DNA of 64,000 bases from Terriglobia bacterium (GCA_963748015.1 CAVVHE010000008.1:416001-480000), one strand, 5' to 3'; shown: positions 1-9,745, counted from the first letter of the stretch. The notes: generated by a model not told the origin, from the sequence alone. Translations and numbers: made by a program.

Positions 1-2
1 AT

Positions 3-1211
3 CTCGGGATCAGGCTCTACGAGGCCGGGGTGCGAATCGTCCACGACCCCGGGGCGATCGGATACCACAACCATCCGGTGGAATTCCGGGACTACTTCGC
101 GCGCCAGGAGCGCGTCGCCGCCGGGCTCGTCCTCCTCGAGTCGAAGCACCCCGACTACGAGGGAGGTCCCGCTGCGTGGGATGCCGTCGTGCGCGGCTAC
201 CTGATGTACTCCGCCGTGGAGCGCGACCGCGACCTCGACATCGTCGCGCGGCTCGAGCCGGGGCTGGCGGGCGGGGGAACGCGCTTCCGCGAGCTCTGGG
301 CCGCCGCGTTCTGCGAGGGGACGCCGGTCGACCGGTTCTCCGCCGCCGACCAGCGCACGCTCCGTCTCGCGGAGGCGCTGTTCAACGCCTACGACCGCGT
401 GCTCCGCTTCCACTGGTGGAAGGGGTACTTCGCGGAGTTCCTGCGCGTGCACGGTGCCGAGAAGGTGAGGCGGCTCGTGCGCGCCCGCGTCGCGAAGGGG
501 CAGCCCCCGCTCCAGCTGCGCCGCGCCGCGGAGGCGCGCCTCCGCCGCCACGGGATCGAGCTGAGCCTCGTCTCCCCGCGGGACGCGAGGACGTCGCTCG
601 TCGTCCACGGGCTCGAGAGCTATCTCGACGCCGCCCGCTGGCTGGGCCGGTTCGACGCCACCGCCGATCCGCCGCGCGACCACCAGGCCGTCCTGGTCGT
701 GGACCGCGAGGCGATGCCCGACGCCGAGCTCGAGAAGCTGCGCGAGGTGGTGGACGTCGTCGCGCGCGAGCGCCGGGACGAGGGAGTCCTCGAGGCCCTG
801 AGGCTGTGCCTCGCCGAGACCGTCGTGGTCACCTCCGCCGGCGTCGAGCCGGAGCTGCCCCGCTGGCGCCTGCTCGCCGACCTGTGCTTCAGCCGCATGC
901 CGCGGGTCGAGGTTCTCGGCGGGAGCGTCGAGGACGGGCGGGGGCGCCGCCGCTACGGCTACCGCTTCGACGGCGCGGCGCTCGCCGAGAAGCGCAACGG
1001 GGCCGCGTCCGGCTCGTCGCCGCGCGGCCCGTCCGTCGTGGACGTGGCGATCCCGGAGTTCCTGATCCTGCGGCGCGCCCTCGCGGAGCGCGTGCTCGAG
1101 GAGCGCGCCGCGGCGCCCGCCGAGCCCGCGCCGTGGAACTTCGAGCTGTGCCGCGCGGCCGCGCGCGGCGGCGGCCAGGTCCTCGAGCTCCCCGACCTGC
1201 GCGTCCGCTGA
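3..1211 (+). CDS. GT2-family glycosyltransferase, 5' truncated by the window edge
   Basis: The frame is open from position 3 and reads LGIRLYEAGVRIVHDPGAIGYHNH, the typical GT2 'D-L-G-x-R-L-x-x-A-G...P-x-A-x-x-x-H' segment. A second, degenerate GT2-like stretch lies at the C-terminus (EFLILRR...WNFELCRAAARGGGQV). Confidence 0.6.
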   Translation, partial: LGIRLYEAGVRIVHDPGAIGYHNHPVEFRDYFARQERVAAGLVLLESKHPDYEGGPAAWDAVVRGYLMYSAVERDRDLDIVARLEPGLAGGGTRFRELWAAAFCEGTPVDRFSAADQRTLRLAEALFNAYDRVLRFHWWKGYFAEFLRVHGAEKVRRLVRARVAKGQPPLQLRRAAEARLRRHGIELSLVSPRDARTSLVVHGLESYLDAARWLGRFDATADPPRDHQAVLVVDREAMPDAELEKLREVVDVVARERRDEGVLEALRLCLAETVVVTSAGVEPELPRWRLLADLCFSRMPRVEVLGGSVEDGRGRRRYGYRFDGAALAEKRNGAASGSSPRGPSVVDVAIPEFLILRRALAERVLEERAAAPAEPAPWNFELCRAAARGGGQVLELPDLRVR

Positions 1212-1270
1212 CCGCGAAGTCGGTCTCCGCCCTCATCCCGTGGATTGGCCACCGCGGTGGCGAAGGACCC

Positions 1271-1439
1271 GGAGCCGGACGCTCGCGCTCGAGTGCGACC
1301 CGCGCGGCACGCTTCGGCGTTGCGCGGCGTAAGTCGCCGCGCCGCCTCGCTCCGGTTTTCGCGCGGCCTTCAAAGGAAGAACCGGCCGCGCGAAAACAGG
1401 GCCGCTTCGGGTCGCACTCGAGCGCGAGCGTCCGGCTCC
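1271..1439. repeat. Nested inverted-repeat element (REP/MITE-like or structured RNA) between convergent genes
   Basis: Perfect 32-bp inverted repeat at 1271-1302/1408-1439. It encloses an 8-bp stem (1322-1329/1335-1342) and a 14-bp stem (1355-1368/1384-1397). Confidence 0.85.
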
Positions 1440-1449
1440 TGCTTGGTCG

Positions 1450-2595
1450 TCAGGATCGAGTCGGGGGTCCGGACGAGACGCTCAGCAGAGCCTGTTCCCA
1501 GCGGTCTCGGAGGACTTCGATGTTGCGCTCGCGCAGGACGAACTCGCGCTGCCGGGCGAGCTCCTGGTCGCGGGCGGGGGCGTCGCGGAGCCAGCGCTCG
1601 AGGGTGTCGGCCCACGCGGCGGGGTCGTTCGGCGAGGTCGCCGTGACCTCGCCGAGGTAGGGCGGCACGGCGCTCGCGACGGTCATCGTTCCCGCGGCGG
1701 CGTACTCGTAGAACTTCAGCGCGGACTTGTGGCGGTTGAACGGCGTGTCGAGGAGGGGACAGATCCCGACGTCGAGATCCGCCGCGGAGAGCGAGTCGAA
1801 GTACGCGTCGATGCCCGAGAAGAGCACGTGGCGGTGGCGGATCGCCCGGAACTCGGAGGCGAGCGCGAGGAACGCCTCGGCCCGGTCCTTCTGGCTCGGC
1901 GTGAAGCCGGCGCGATTGCGGCGGATCTCGCGCACCTCGACGTCGAGCGGGCGCGAGGTCAGCCCCAGGAGGACGAACACGAAATCGAGCCGCTTCTGCA
2001 GCTCGCGGATCGCCGGCAGGACCATGAGGAGGTCGTCGAGGTGGCAGGACGAGCCGGCCCAGCCGACGCGGAGGCCCGAGGCCGCGCGCGGGCGCCCTTT
2101 CCATCGCTTCGGGTCCACCGCGTTCGGGAGCACGTGAACCGGCTTGCCGCGGGGCGCGAGGGTCTCCGCGAGCACCGGCGTCGTGACGAAGAACGCGTCG
2201 GCGCCTTCGAGCAGCGCCCGCAGGTTCTCGGGCGCTCCGGCGATCGTCTCGTAGCTCGGGTTGAGCGCCTCGACCCCCTCGAGGAAGTCGTCCACCGAGT
2301 AGACGACCGGGACTCCCCGCGCCCGCGCCAGCTCGCCGAGCGGCTCGACCAGCAGCAGCCGGCTCCCGTCGGCCAGGACGGGGGCCGCGACCATCTGCGG
2401 GAAGATCAGCGTCGAGACGCCGTCGAGGATCTTCCCGTCCGGCTCGTACCCCCGCGCCGTGCGGGTCAGCGTCAGGGATGCGCCGAGCGTCCGCAGCTCG
2501 AACCCCCGCTCCCCGAGGTGCTCGAACGGCTGGTGGAAACGGACGTACGTCACCCCGGTCACGACGTCGTCGATGACGGCGAGCGCCCGGCGCAC
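1450..2595 (-). CDS. GT-B fold (GT4-like) glycosyltransferase
   Basis: Motifs VVYSVDD, VHVLPNAVD, RVGWAGSSCH, DVGICPL...FNRHKSALKFYEYAAAG...VAS. The likely GTG start at 2595 follows a GAGG that overlaps the upstream stop; the ORF track start at 2658 overlaps the previous gene. Confidence 0.85.
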   Translation of the reverse strand: MRRALAVIDDVVTGVTYVRFHQPFEHLGERGFELRTLGASLTLTRTARGYEPDGKILDGVSTLIFPQMVAAPVLADGSRLLLVEPLGELARARGVPVVYSVDDFLEGVEALNPSYETIAGAPENLRALLEGADAFFVTTPVLAETLAPRGKPVHVLPNAVDPKRWKGRPRAASGLRVGWAGSSCHLDDLLMVLPAIRELQKRLDFVFVLLGLTSRPLDVEVREIRRNRAGFTPSQKDRAEAFLALASEFRAIRHRHVLFSGIDAYFDSLSAADLDVGICPLLDTPFNRHKSALKFYEYAAAGTMTVASAVPPYLGEVTATSPNDPAAWADTLERWLRDAPARDQELARQREFVLRERNIEVLRDRWEQALLSVSSGPPTRS

Positions 2596-2602
2596 CGCCG
2601 CC

Positions 2603-5600
2603 TCAGTCGTTCTCGACCACGGCGAGAGCGTCCTCTTCCTCGGTGGGCGGCCGCCCACCCCCGGCCCCCGGCTCGGGAGCGCCGGACGGGAGGACGATCG
2701 GCGGCAGGCCCTTTGCCTTGAGCGCGTCGTTCGCGGCCGCGAGGTCGCGGCCCGCCAGCTCGCCGAAGGACTTCTCGACGTCTGCGAGCTCGCGCTCGAG
2801 CGCGTCCACGCGCTCGAGCAGGTAGGCCGCGGGACGGCCCTCGTACGAGAGGATCGCGCCGTACACCGAGCCCAGCTCCTCGCGAAGCCGCTCCTCGCCC
2901 GTGATCGCCCCGCCTTCCTTGGTCGCGACGATCTGCTTGCGCAGGTCGTCCGCCTTGCCGGCGAGAGCCAGGAGCCGGCCGCGGAGCGCGTCCTGTTCGG
3001 GAAGAGGCGCCGCGAGCTTCGCGGCGCCGTCGCGAAGTGCTCCGGCGCGGTAGACGAGATCGCTCATCCTGCCGAAGAGGCCGTGCACGCGCATCGCGGC
3101 GTCGAAGCTCGCCTTGCGGTCGGCTTCCGTGAAGGTCGCGCGCCGGTCGAGGCCGACCTCGAGCTTCGTCTCGTACTTCTGCTCGCCCTTGAGCAGCCGG
3201 ACCGTGTAGGTGCCCGGCACCACGCGCGGCCCCCGGTTCGCCGACCCGGCCACCTGCGCCGCGGGCGGCACCTTCGGCGGCTTGACGCGCATGTCCCAGC
3301 TGACGCGGTTGAGGCCGCGGTGCGCGGAGGCCGGGAGCGTAGCCAGCACCTTCCCCTCGCTGTCGAGGATCTCGAGCTTGATCGGGCCGAACAGGTGGCG
3401 GGTGCGCTGGTAGTAGGTGATCTGCGCCGCCACGGGCGCGGCCTCGCCGGTGAAGGTCCCGTCGCCGTCCGACCAGCCGCCGCCGGCCTGGATGCGCTGC
3501 TGGACCGGGCGCGTCGCGACGAACGCCGCGTCCTTCTGCATCAGCTCCGGGGTCAGCCCGCGCAGCGGCGTGATGTCGTCCACGATCCAGATCCCGCGGC
3601 CGTGGGTCGCGATCACGAGGTCGGCGTCCCGCTGGTGGACGGCCAGGTCGCGGACCGCGACGCTCGGGAAGTTGCCGCCCTTGAACTCGGCCCAGCGCTC
3701 GCCGCCGTCGTTCGAGATCCACAGGCCGAACTCGGTTCCCACGAACAGGAGATTCGGGGCGACCGGGTCCTCCTTGATCACGTGGGCGAAGCCGCGCACC
3801 CCTTTCTCGGGCGCCACGATGCGCTTCCAGGTCTTGCCGAAGTCGCGCGTGACGAAAGCGAACGGCCGGAAGTCCCCGAAGGTGTGACGGTCGAACGTCG
3901 CGTAGGCGGTCCCGGCGTCGTGGGGACTCGCCTCGACCCAGGACACCCACGAGGCGGGCGGGAGCCCCTCGATGCGGCTCGTCAGGTCGGTCCAGCGCGC
4001 GCCGCCGTCGCGCGTCAGCTGCACGTTGCCGTCGTCGGTGCCGACCCAGATGACCTTGCGGTCCTTCGGCGACTCGCTGATGGAGTAGATCGTGGTGTGC
4101 GTCTCCGCGGCGGAGTTGTCCACCGTGACGCCCCCCGACTCCTCCTGCTTCTGCTTCGCCGGGTCGTTCGTGGTCAGGTCGGGGGAGATGCGCTCCCACG
4201 TCGCGCCGTGGTCGCGCGTGCGGAAGAGGAACTGGGCGCCCATGTACAGCGTCCCCTTCTCGTTGGGGCTCAGGTGCAGCGGCGTGTTCCAGTTCCAGCG
4301 CAGCTTTTCCTTGTAGCCCGAGGTCGGCTGGATCCGGCGCGTCTCGTGCGTGTTCCGGTTCACGCGCCCGGTCTCGCCCCCCTGCGACTCCGCGTAGAGG
4401 TAGTCCGGATCGGCCGGGTCCGGGAACATCCAGAAACCGTCGCCGCCGAACATGTTCTCCCACCGGGCGTTGGACACCCCGCCGGGATGCGACGAGTCGC
4501 CTACCCAGGAACTGTTGTCCTGGAGCCCGCCGTACACGCGGTACGGGTCCTCGCCGTCCACGCTCACGTGGTAGTACTGCGCGATCGGCAGGTTCATCGC
4601 CATGTTCCAGCGGTTCCCGCCGTCGTACGAGATCCCGAGGCCGCCGTCCGTCCCGCCGACCACGACGCTCGGGTTCTCGGGGTGGATCCAGAGGTCGTGC
4701 CAGTCGGCGTGCATCCCGCCGCCCGTCTGGCTGAACGTCTTGCCGCCGTCCGTGCTCACGATGAGGCCGAGGTCCGGCTTGAACAGCTTGTCGGGGTCCT
4801 TCGGGTCCACGATCAGGTTGGCGAAGTAGAAGGGGCGCCAGACCATCTGCTGGCTCTTGTCCCGCTTGTCCCAGGTCCTGCCGCCGTCGCTCGAGCGGTA
4901 GAGTGCCGAGTCGGTGGACTCCACGACCGCGTAGACGACCGACCCGTTCGACGGGGCCACCGCGACGGCAATCCGGCCGTACGGCTTCGCCGGGAACCCC
5001 TTGTTCGCCGCGTTCGTGATCTCCGTCCAGTTCGCTCCGCCGTCGGAGGAGGTGTAGAGCCCGCTCCCGCTCGGCACGCTCGGCGATTCGCCCCCCGACC
5101 GGAACGTCCAGCCCTTCCGCCGGAAATCCCACAGCGCGGCGAAGAGCCGGTCCGGGTCCTTCGGGTCCATTGCGAGGGACGAGCAGCCTGTCGAGGGATT
5201 GCCGCCCTTGAGGACGAGCGCCCAGGTCTTGCCGCCGTCCGTCGTCTTGTAGAGGCCGCGGTCGTCCGAGTCGCTCCACAGCTTGCCGGCGACGCACGCG
5301 AAGACCGTGCCGCCGCTCCTCGGGTCCACGATCACGTTGGCGATGCGCTCCGATTCGGGGAGGCCCATGTGCGTCCAGGTGTCGCCGCCGTCGGTGGACT
5401 TGTAGATCCCGTCGCCGACCGACACCGAGTTCCGCGTCCAGGTCTCGCCGGTCCCGACCCAGACCACCTTGCGATCGGTCGGATCCACGGCGATCGCGCC
5501 GACGGACTGCACCGGCTGCCGGTCGAAGACCGGCTTGAAGGTCGTTCCGCCGTCCTCGGAGCGCCAGACGCCTCCGCTCGCGGCGCCGACGTACAGCTTG

Positions 5601-5794
5601 AACTTCCCGCCGTCGACGATGCCGGTCAACGCCGAGATCCGGCCGCTCATCGTGGCCGGCCCGATGTTGCGGGCCCCGAGACCGGAGATCGTCGCGGAAT
5701 CGAACCGGGCCGGCGCGCCGGAGGGCGGCGCGGCGGAGGTCCCGCCGAGGGTTGCCGAGGCGACGAGGGCGGCGGCCAAGATCGTCTGCTTCAT
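2603..5794 (-). CDS. Secreted BNR/Asp-box (VPS10/sialidase-like) beta-propeller protein
   Basis: Own RBS (CAGGAG) and ATG at 5794, signal peptide MKQTILAAALVASA, 'RNIGPATMSGRI' start and many S-x-D-G-G-x-T-W Asp-box repeats. Confidence 0.85.
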   Translation of the reverse strand: MKQTILAAALVASATLGGTSAAPPSGAPARFDSATISGLGARNIGPATMSGRISALTGIVDGGKFKLYVGAASGGVWRSEDGGTTFKPVFDRQPVQSVGAIAVDPTDRKVVWVGTGETWTRNSVSVGDGIYKSTDGGDTWTHMGLPESERIANVIVDPRSGGTVFACVAGKLWSDSDDRGLYKTTDGGKTWALVLKGGNPSTGCSSLAMDPKDPDRLFAALWDFRRKGWTFRSGGESPSVPSGSGLYTSSDGGANWTEITNAANKGFPAKPYGRIAVAVAPSNGSVVYAVVESTDSALYRSSDGGRTWDKRDKSQQMVWRPFYFANLIVDPKDPDKLFKPDLGLIVSTDGGKTFSQTGGGMHADWHDLWIHPENPSVVVGGTDGGLGISYDGGNRWNMAMNLPIAQYYHVSVDGEDPYRVYGGLQDNSSWVGDSSHPGGVSNARWENMFGGDGFWMFPDPADPDYLYAESQGGETGRVNRNTHETRRIQPTSGYKEKLRWNWNTPLHLSPNEKGTLYMGAQFLFRTRDHGATWERISPDLTTNDPAKQKQEESGGVTVDNSAAETHTTIYSISESPKDRKVIWVGTDDGNVQLTRDGGARWTDLTSRIEGLPPASWVSWVEASPHDAGTAYATFDRHTFGDFRPFAFVTRDFGKTWKRIVAPEKGVRGFAHVIKEDPVAPNLLFVGTEFGLWISNDGGERWAEFKGGNFPSVAVRDLAVHQRDADLVIATHGRGIWIVDDITPLRGLTPELMQKDAAFVATRPVQQRIQAGGGWSDGDGTFTGEAAPVAAQITYYQRTRHLFGPIKLEILDSEGKVLATLPASAHRGLNRVSWDMRVKPPKVPPAAQVAGSANRGPRVVPGTYTVRLLKGEQKYETKLEVGLDRRATFTEADRKASFDAAMRVHGLFGRMSDLVYRAGALRDGAAKLAAPLPEQDALRGRLLALAGKADDLRKQIVATKEGGAITGEERLREELGSVYGAILSYEGRPAAYLLERVDALERELADVEKSFGELAGRDLAAANDALKAKGLPPIVLPSGAPEPGAGGGRPPTEEEDALAVVEND

Positions 5795-5813
5795 GATCGG
5801 CGTCTCCTGTCCG

Positions 5814-6583
5814 CTACTTCGCCGCGGCGGGGAGCCGCCCGGGAAACGGAAGATCGCTTCGTCCACGGCGACGTTGGCCTCGACCTTCGTGACCGTGGTC
5901 TTCTGTCCCTTCTCCGTCGCGCCCCTTCTGCCGGACTGGACGGAGAACGGGAAGTAGACGCCGTTCACCTTCTCGTAGGCGCCGAGGTCCGTCTCGGTCT
6001 CGATCGTGGCGCCGCGCACCCGGCGCTGCGCCACGCGCCGGATCTCGAGGAAGTAGTCCGGATCCAGGAAGACGTACTCGACGTCGCCCGCGGGGCGGGT
6101 CACCTTCAGTTTGTGGGCCTCGGTCCCGTCCACGTCCTCGGTGCCGAGGTACTCGACCTTGTTCCCCTTGGCCGCGGCGTCCAGGAGCGGCCCATCGATC
6201 TCGGCCTGATAGCTCAGGTCGCGGGCCGCGTCGGCCGACAGCTTCTCCGGGTCCTTGCGGCCACCGAACGGCTGGACCGTCCAACCCTCCGTCCCGTCGT
6301 ACGCGCGGATCATCGTGAGCCCCTGCGTGGTGGACTCGGAGCGAATCCGGTCGGGGCGCTTCCGGATCTCGACGAACGGCGTCTCGGCGCCTCCGCCGCC
6401 GCGGCCCCCGCCGCCTCCTCCGGTACGCGTCCCCTCGATCCGCAAGGTCTCGATCGCCTTGATCCTGTCCAGCCCGCCGCGCGCCTCGAGGTTCTTGGCG
6501 ATCAGCTCGTCGGCCGTCAGCGCGCGCGCCGGAAGGGTCGCGATCGCGACCGCGGCCAGGAGAACGAATCGTCGAGCCAGCAT
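5814..6583 (-). CDS. Secreted LolA/outer-membrane lipoprotein-sorting-fold-like protein; reads through in frame into the next gene in this assembly
   Basis: GGAGG RBS and ATG at 6583, signal peptide, 'LTADELIAKNLEARGG...AYDGTEGW...YLGTEDVDG...YEKVNGVYFPF...EAIFRFP'. Stops exist only in the other frames (TAG 5814-5816; TGA overlapping the ATG at 5794). Confidence 0.6.
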
Positions 6584-6749
6584 GGGAGCCTCCATCGGTA
6601 AGCGCGCGCGCCCCGGCGGCCAGCCGCCACGCACGGCTCGTGCGCGGTTTCCCGGCCGTTGCGGTCGCGAGCCAAAGAGCGGAACATCATAATCTCTTTT
6701 TCCGGCCGCCCGGACGGACGCCGCTCCGCCGGCCGTGCGAGAGGTACCC

Positions 6750-7304
6750 ATGGCATTGACCCCTTCCACGATGCCCGGTCTGGGCAAGCAGGCTCCCGAC
6801 TTCTCCCTGCCCGATACCGACGGCGGGACGGTCTCGCTCTCCGATTTCCGCGACGCGAAAGCGCTGCTGGTGATGTTCATCTGCAATCACTGCCCGTACG
6901 TGAAGCACGTGCAGGAGGGGCTGGCGGCTCTCTGCGAGGCGTACCGGAAACGAGGCGTCGCGATCGTCGGCATCAGCAGCAACGAGGTGGCCGGTTATCC
7001 GGAAGACGCCCCCGACCGGATGAAGATCGAGAAGGAGCGCGCCGGGTACACGTTCCCGTACCTCTTCGACGAGAGCCAGGAGGTGGCGCGGGCGTACGAG
7101 GCGGCCTGCACCCCGGACTTCTTCCTGTTCGACGCGAGCCGGAAGCTCGTCTACCGGGGGCAGCTGGACGACAGCCGTCCCGGCAACGGCATACCCGTGA
7201 CCGGGAAGGACCTGAGGGGCGCGCTCGACGCGGTCCTCGCGGGCCGTCCGGTGCCGGCGGAGCAGAAGCCGAGCATCGGCTGCAACATCAAGTGGAAGCC
7301 CTGA
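6750..7304 (+). CDS. Thioredoxin-fold AhpC/TSA family protein
   Basis: APDFSLPD, FICNHCPYV, FPYLFDESQEVARAYEAACTPDFF, SIGCNIKWK. GAGG RBS before the ATG at 6750. Confidence 0.92.
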   Translation: MALTPSTMPGLGKQAPDFSLPDTDGGTVSLSDFRDAKALLVMFICNHCPYVKHVQEGLAALCEAYRKRGVAIVGISSNEVAGYPEDAPDRMKIEKERAGYTFPYLFDESQEVARAYEAACTPDFFLFDASRKLVYRGQLDDSRPGNGIPVTGKDLRGALDAVLAGRPVPAEQKPSIGCNIKWKP

Positions 7305-7365
7305 TGGATGTTCTCGCCTCCACGTCCACCAGAGAGGTTGAGAGGGTGCTCGCCGACCCGCCGGC

Positions 7366-7394
7366 TTGCGAAATGGACAAGATCGCTCCACAAT
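7366..7394 (+). promoter_or_regulatory. Possible sigma70 promoter for msrA
   Basis: TTGCGA-N17-CACAAT upstream of msrA; weak consensus match. Confidence 0.25.
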
Positions 7395-7440
7395 TGAGGT
7401 CCGGACGCGGAGCGAGCTTCGGCCGCCGTTCGGGGCTGAG

Positions 7441-8067
7441 GTGAACGTGTTCCGGCGCACGAGGTCCTGGCTTCTGGTCGTTCCCGCAGCGCTGGCGCTC
7501 GGCGCGCTGTTCCTTCTCGGAGCGCGGGGAACCGGGGGTAAAGAGATGAGCGGCAAGAGCCCATTCGTGGCGGTCCAGGGCGCCGAGGAGGCGTTCTTCG
7601 CGGGCGGGTGCTTCTGGGGTGTCGAGTACTGGCTGGAGAAGACTCCCGGCGTGCTCCTCGTGGAATCCGGCTACATGGGCGGGCACGTGGACTCGCCGAC
7701 CTACGAGCAGGTTTGCGGCGGCAGGACCGGCCACGCCGAGACCGTGCACGTGGTCTTCGACCCCAAGAAGACGACCTACGAGGCCGTCGCGCGGCTCTTC
7801 TTCGAGATCCACGACCCGACGCAGGTGAACCGCCAGGGACCGGACGTCGGCGATCAGTACCGCTCCGCGGTGTTCTACAAGACCGACGCGCAGAAGGAAA
7901 CCGCCGAGAAGCTGATCGGCGAGCTCGCGAAGCGCGGGTACAAGGTGGCTACGCGCCTCGAGCCGGCGGGCGCCTTCTGGCGCGCCGAGGAGTACCACCA
8001 GCAGTACTACGACCACAAGGGGACGCAGCCGTACTGCCACGCCCGCGTGAAGCGCTTCGGCGATTAG
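7441..8067 (+). CDS. msrA: Peptide-methionine (S)-S-oxide reductase MsrA with hydrophobic N-terminal extension
   Basis: FAGGCFWGVE, SGYMGG, TGHAE, HDPTQVNRQGPDVGDQYRS, AEEYHQQY, PYCH. Start uncertain (GTG 7441/7447 or ATG 7546). Confidence 0.95.
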   Translation: MNVFRRTRSWLLVVPAALALGALFLLGARGTGGKEMSGKSPFVAVQGAEEAFFAGGCFWGVEYWLEKTPGVLLVESGYMGGHVDSPTYEQVCGGRTGHAETVHVVFDPKKTTYEAVARLFFEIHDPTQVNRQGPDVGDQYRSAVFYKTDAQKETAEKLIGELAKRGYKVATRLEPAGAFWRAEEYHQQYYDHKGTQPYCHARVKRFGD

Positions 8068-9710
8068 TCCTTTCTTCTCAGAACGAAGACGCTCTCGGGG
8101 GAGCTGCGGGTCGAGCGCGCGGCGTCGGGACCCCACAGGTAACGTGTCGGCTCGTCCCTGGGGATCTCGACCAGCCCCACGACCTGGTAGTGTTCCGGGA
8201 CGTACGATTCCATCCAGCGCAGGAAGCGCTTGTCCGATTCCGGCCGGGCGAGCCACGACGTGGACACCCGCACCATCACCATGAAGAGCGGCCTCGCCGC
8301 CTCCAGCTCGCGGATCACCTGGTCCTGGAGCTGCCCCGCGTACGGGTGGGGCTCCATCAGCGCGTAGGCGTAGACGTAGCGCGAAGCCGACCGCCGGTGC
8401 GCGTAGAAGTAGATCTGCGGCTCGGAGCCGAGCACCGCGATCCGGTCCTCGGGCGACGAGTTCGCCTCGATGTACTTCGCGATCTCGACCGACTCCTGGA
8501 ACGGGTTGCTCCAGTAGACGGCGCGGGAAACCTGGTTCGGGTCCCACACGAAGAACGGGTCCCGCTGCCGCGCGGCAGCGATCGCCAGGGCAGCCACGGC
8601 GGCGAGGGCCCACGCGATTCGCCAGCCGCGTTCCCGCGGGCGATTCTCCTCCCCGAGACGGAGCGCTGCGATTCCCGCCCCCGCGAGAAGGCCCACGGCC
8701 GGGAACATCACGATGAAGTAATGCTGCCGGAAGAAGAAGCCGGGGCAAATGGCGAGAAAGGAGAAGGCCGCGAGGCCCGCCAGGAAGATCCTCGCGTCCT
8801 TGTCGCGGTGGCGCACGAAGAAGAGCACGGCGCCCGCCGCGGCGAGGACCCAGATCGCCGCGTTCGGCCCGATGGCCTCCGCCGCGTTTTCGAGAAGGAT
8901 GGTAGCGGCATCCGAAAGCGGCACGAGCGAGACGTAGCCGCGTGCGTAGGTGACCGTCCAGAACCAGAAGTTGCCGAACACGCCGGCGGCCGCGAGGTAG
9001 AGGCAGAGCAGGGCGTACGGAGCGACCGCGCCGGCGGAGAACAGGCCGCCCTTCGCGGCCATCGCCCGCCGGCCGTCGTTGCGGGCTCTAGAGAGCACGA
9101 ACAGCAGGCCGAACAGCATCAGTGCGGCCGCCTGCTGCTTCACGAGGAACGCGACGCCGAACGCGAGCCCCGCCAGGACCAGGGCGAGCCGCTCCCTTCG
9201 ACCCGGCCAGAGGATCCCCCAGCACCCGGCCAGCATCGGGAGCACGACGAAGTGGGTCGCGTGCCCGGCGAGCCCGAGCGCCGATGGGCTCAAGGAGAGC
9301 ATCGCGAAGCACGCCGCGGCGACGGCCCCGGCGAGGGGATCGAAGAGCTTCCGCCCGATGGCGAACAGCAGGAGCGCCGACGCGGTGGTCCAGAGGGCCA
9401 GGCCGAGGTGGATGCCGCGCGCCGTCTGTCCGAAAACCGCCATGAGCAGGGCGTACGCGTAGTACGCCCCCGGCAGCTTCATGTTGTCCACCTCGCCGTA
9501 GGGCGCGTGGCCTTCGAGGATCAGCTGCCCCGCGTAGGCGTACTCGCCCTCGTCGCGCTCGAGGGGCAGGTCGAGCAGCCGGACCCGGACCGCGAGGGCG
9601 AGGAGCAGCCCCGCGGCGAGAATGACCCACGGCAGGATGGCTGCGAGGCGCGCGGCGGTTGCGGGCGGGGCGGGGGCCCCCCATTTGGGCTCTCGGGATC
9701 GTGCGCTCAC
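8064..9710 (-). CDS. GT-C (ArnT/PMT/GT39-like) multi-pass membrane glycosyltransferase
   Basis: 'LERDEGEY' acidic motif after the first TM segment, 'DNMKLPG', 'LVKQ', 'FFRQHYF', many hydrophobic segments and a soluble C-terminal domain. Confidence 0.85.
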   Translation of the reverse strand: MSARSREPKWGAPAPPATAARLAAILPWVILAAGLLLALAVRVRLLDLPLERDEGEYAYAGQLILEGHAPYGEVDNMKLPGAYYAYALLMAVFGQTARGIHLGLALWTTASALLLFAIGRKLFDPLAGAVAAACFAMLSLSPSALGLAGHATHFVVLPMLAGCWGILWPGRRERLALVLAGLAFGVAFLVKQQAAALMLFGLLFVLSRARNDGRRAMAAKGGLFSAGAVAPYALLCLYLAAAGVFGNFWFWTVTYARGYVSLVPLSDAATILLENAAEAIGPNAAIWVLAAAGAVLFFVRHRDKDARIFLAGLAAFSFLAICPGFFFRQHYFIVMFPAVGLLAGAGIAALRLGEENRPRERGWRIAWALAAVAALAIAAARQRDPFFVWDPNQVSRAVYWSNPFQESVEIAKYIEANSSPEDRIAVLGSEPQIYFYAHRRSASRYVYAYALMEPHPYAGQLQDQVIRELEAARPLFMVMVRVSTSWLARPESDKRFLRWMESYVPEHYQVVGLVEIPRDEPTRYLWGPDAARSTRSSPESVFVLRRKD

Positions 9711-9716
9711 GCAGCG

Positions 9717-9745
9717 ATTAGAGACGGTCGGGCGGGGGATGTCAA
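9717..9745 (-). promoter_or_regulatory. Sigma70-like promoter, predicted leaderless start at 9710
   Basis: On the minus strand: TTGACA (9745-9740), N17, TCTAAT (9722-9717). Confidence 0.5.

Noticed and set aside
2459..6601. 1,380-aa plus-strand ORF, and similar long antisense or alternate-frame ORFs (e.g. 16718-19813, 32745-37463, 42441-46136, 51232-55620, 56989-61017)
   Set aside because: These are Arg/Ala/Val-rich shadow frames produced by high-GC codon bias opposite genes with clear motifs; they contain no recognisable domains.
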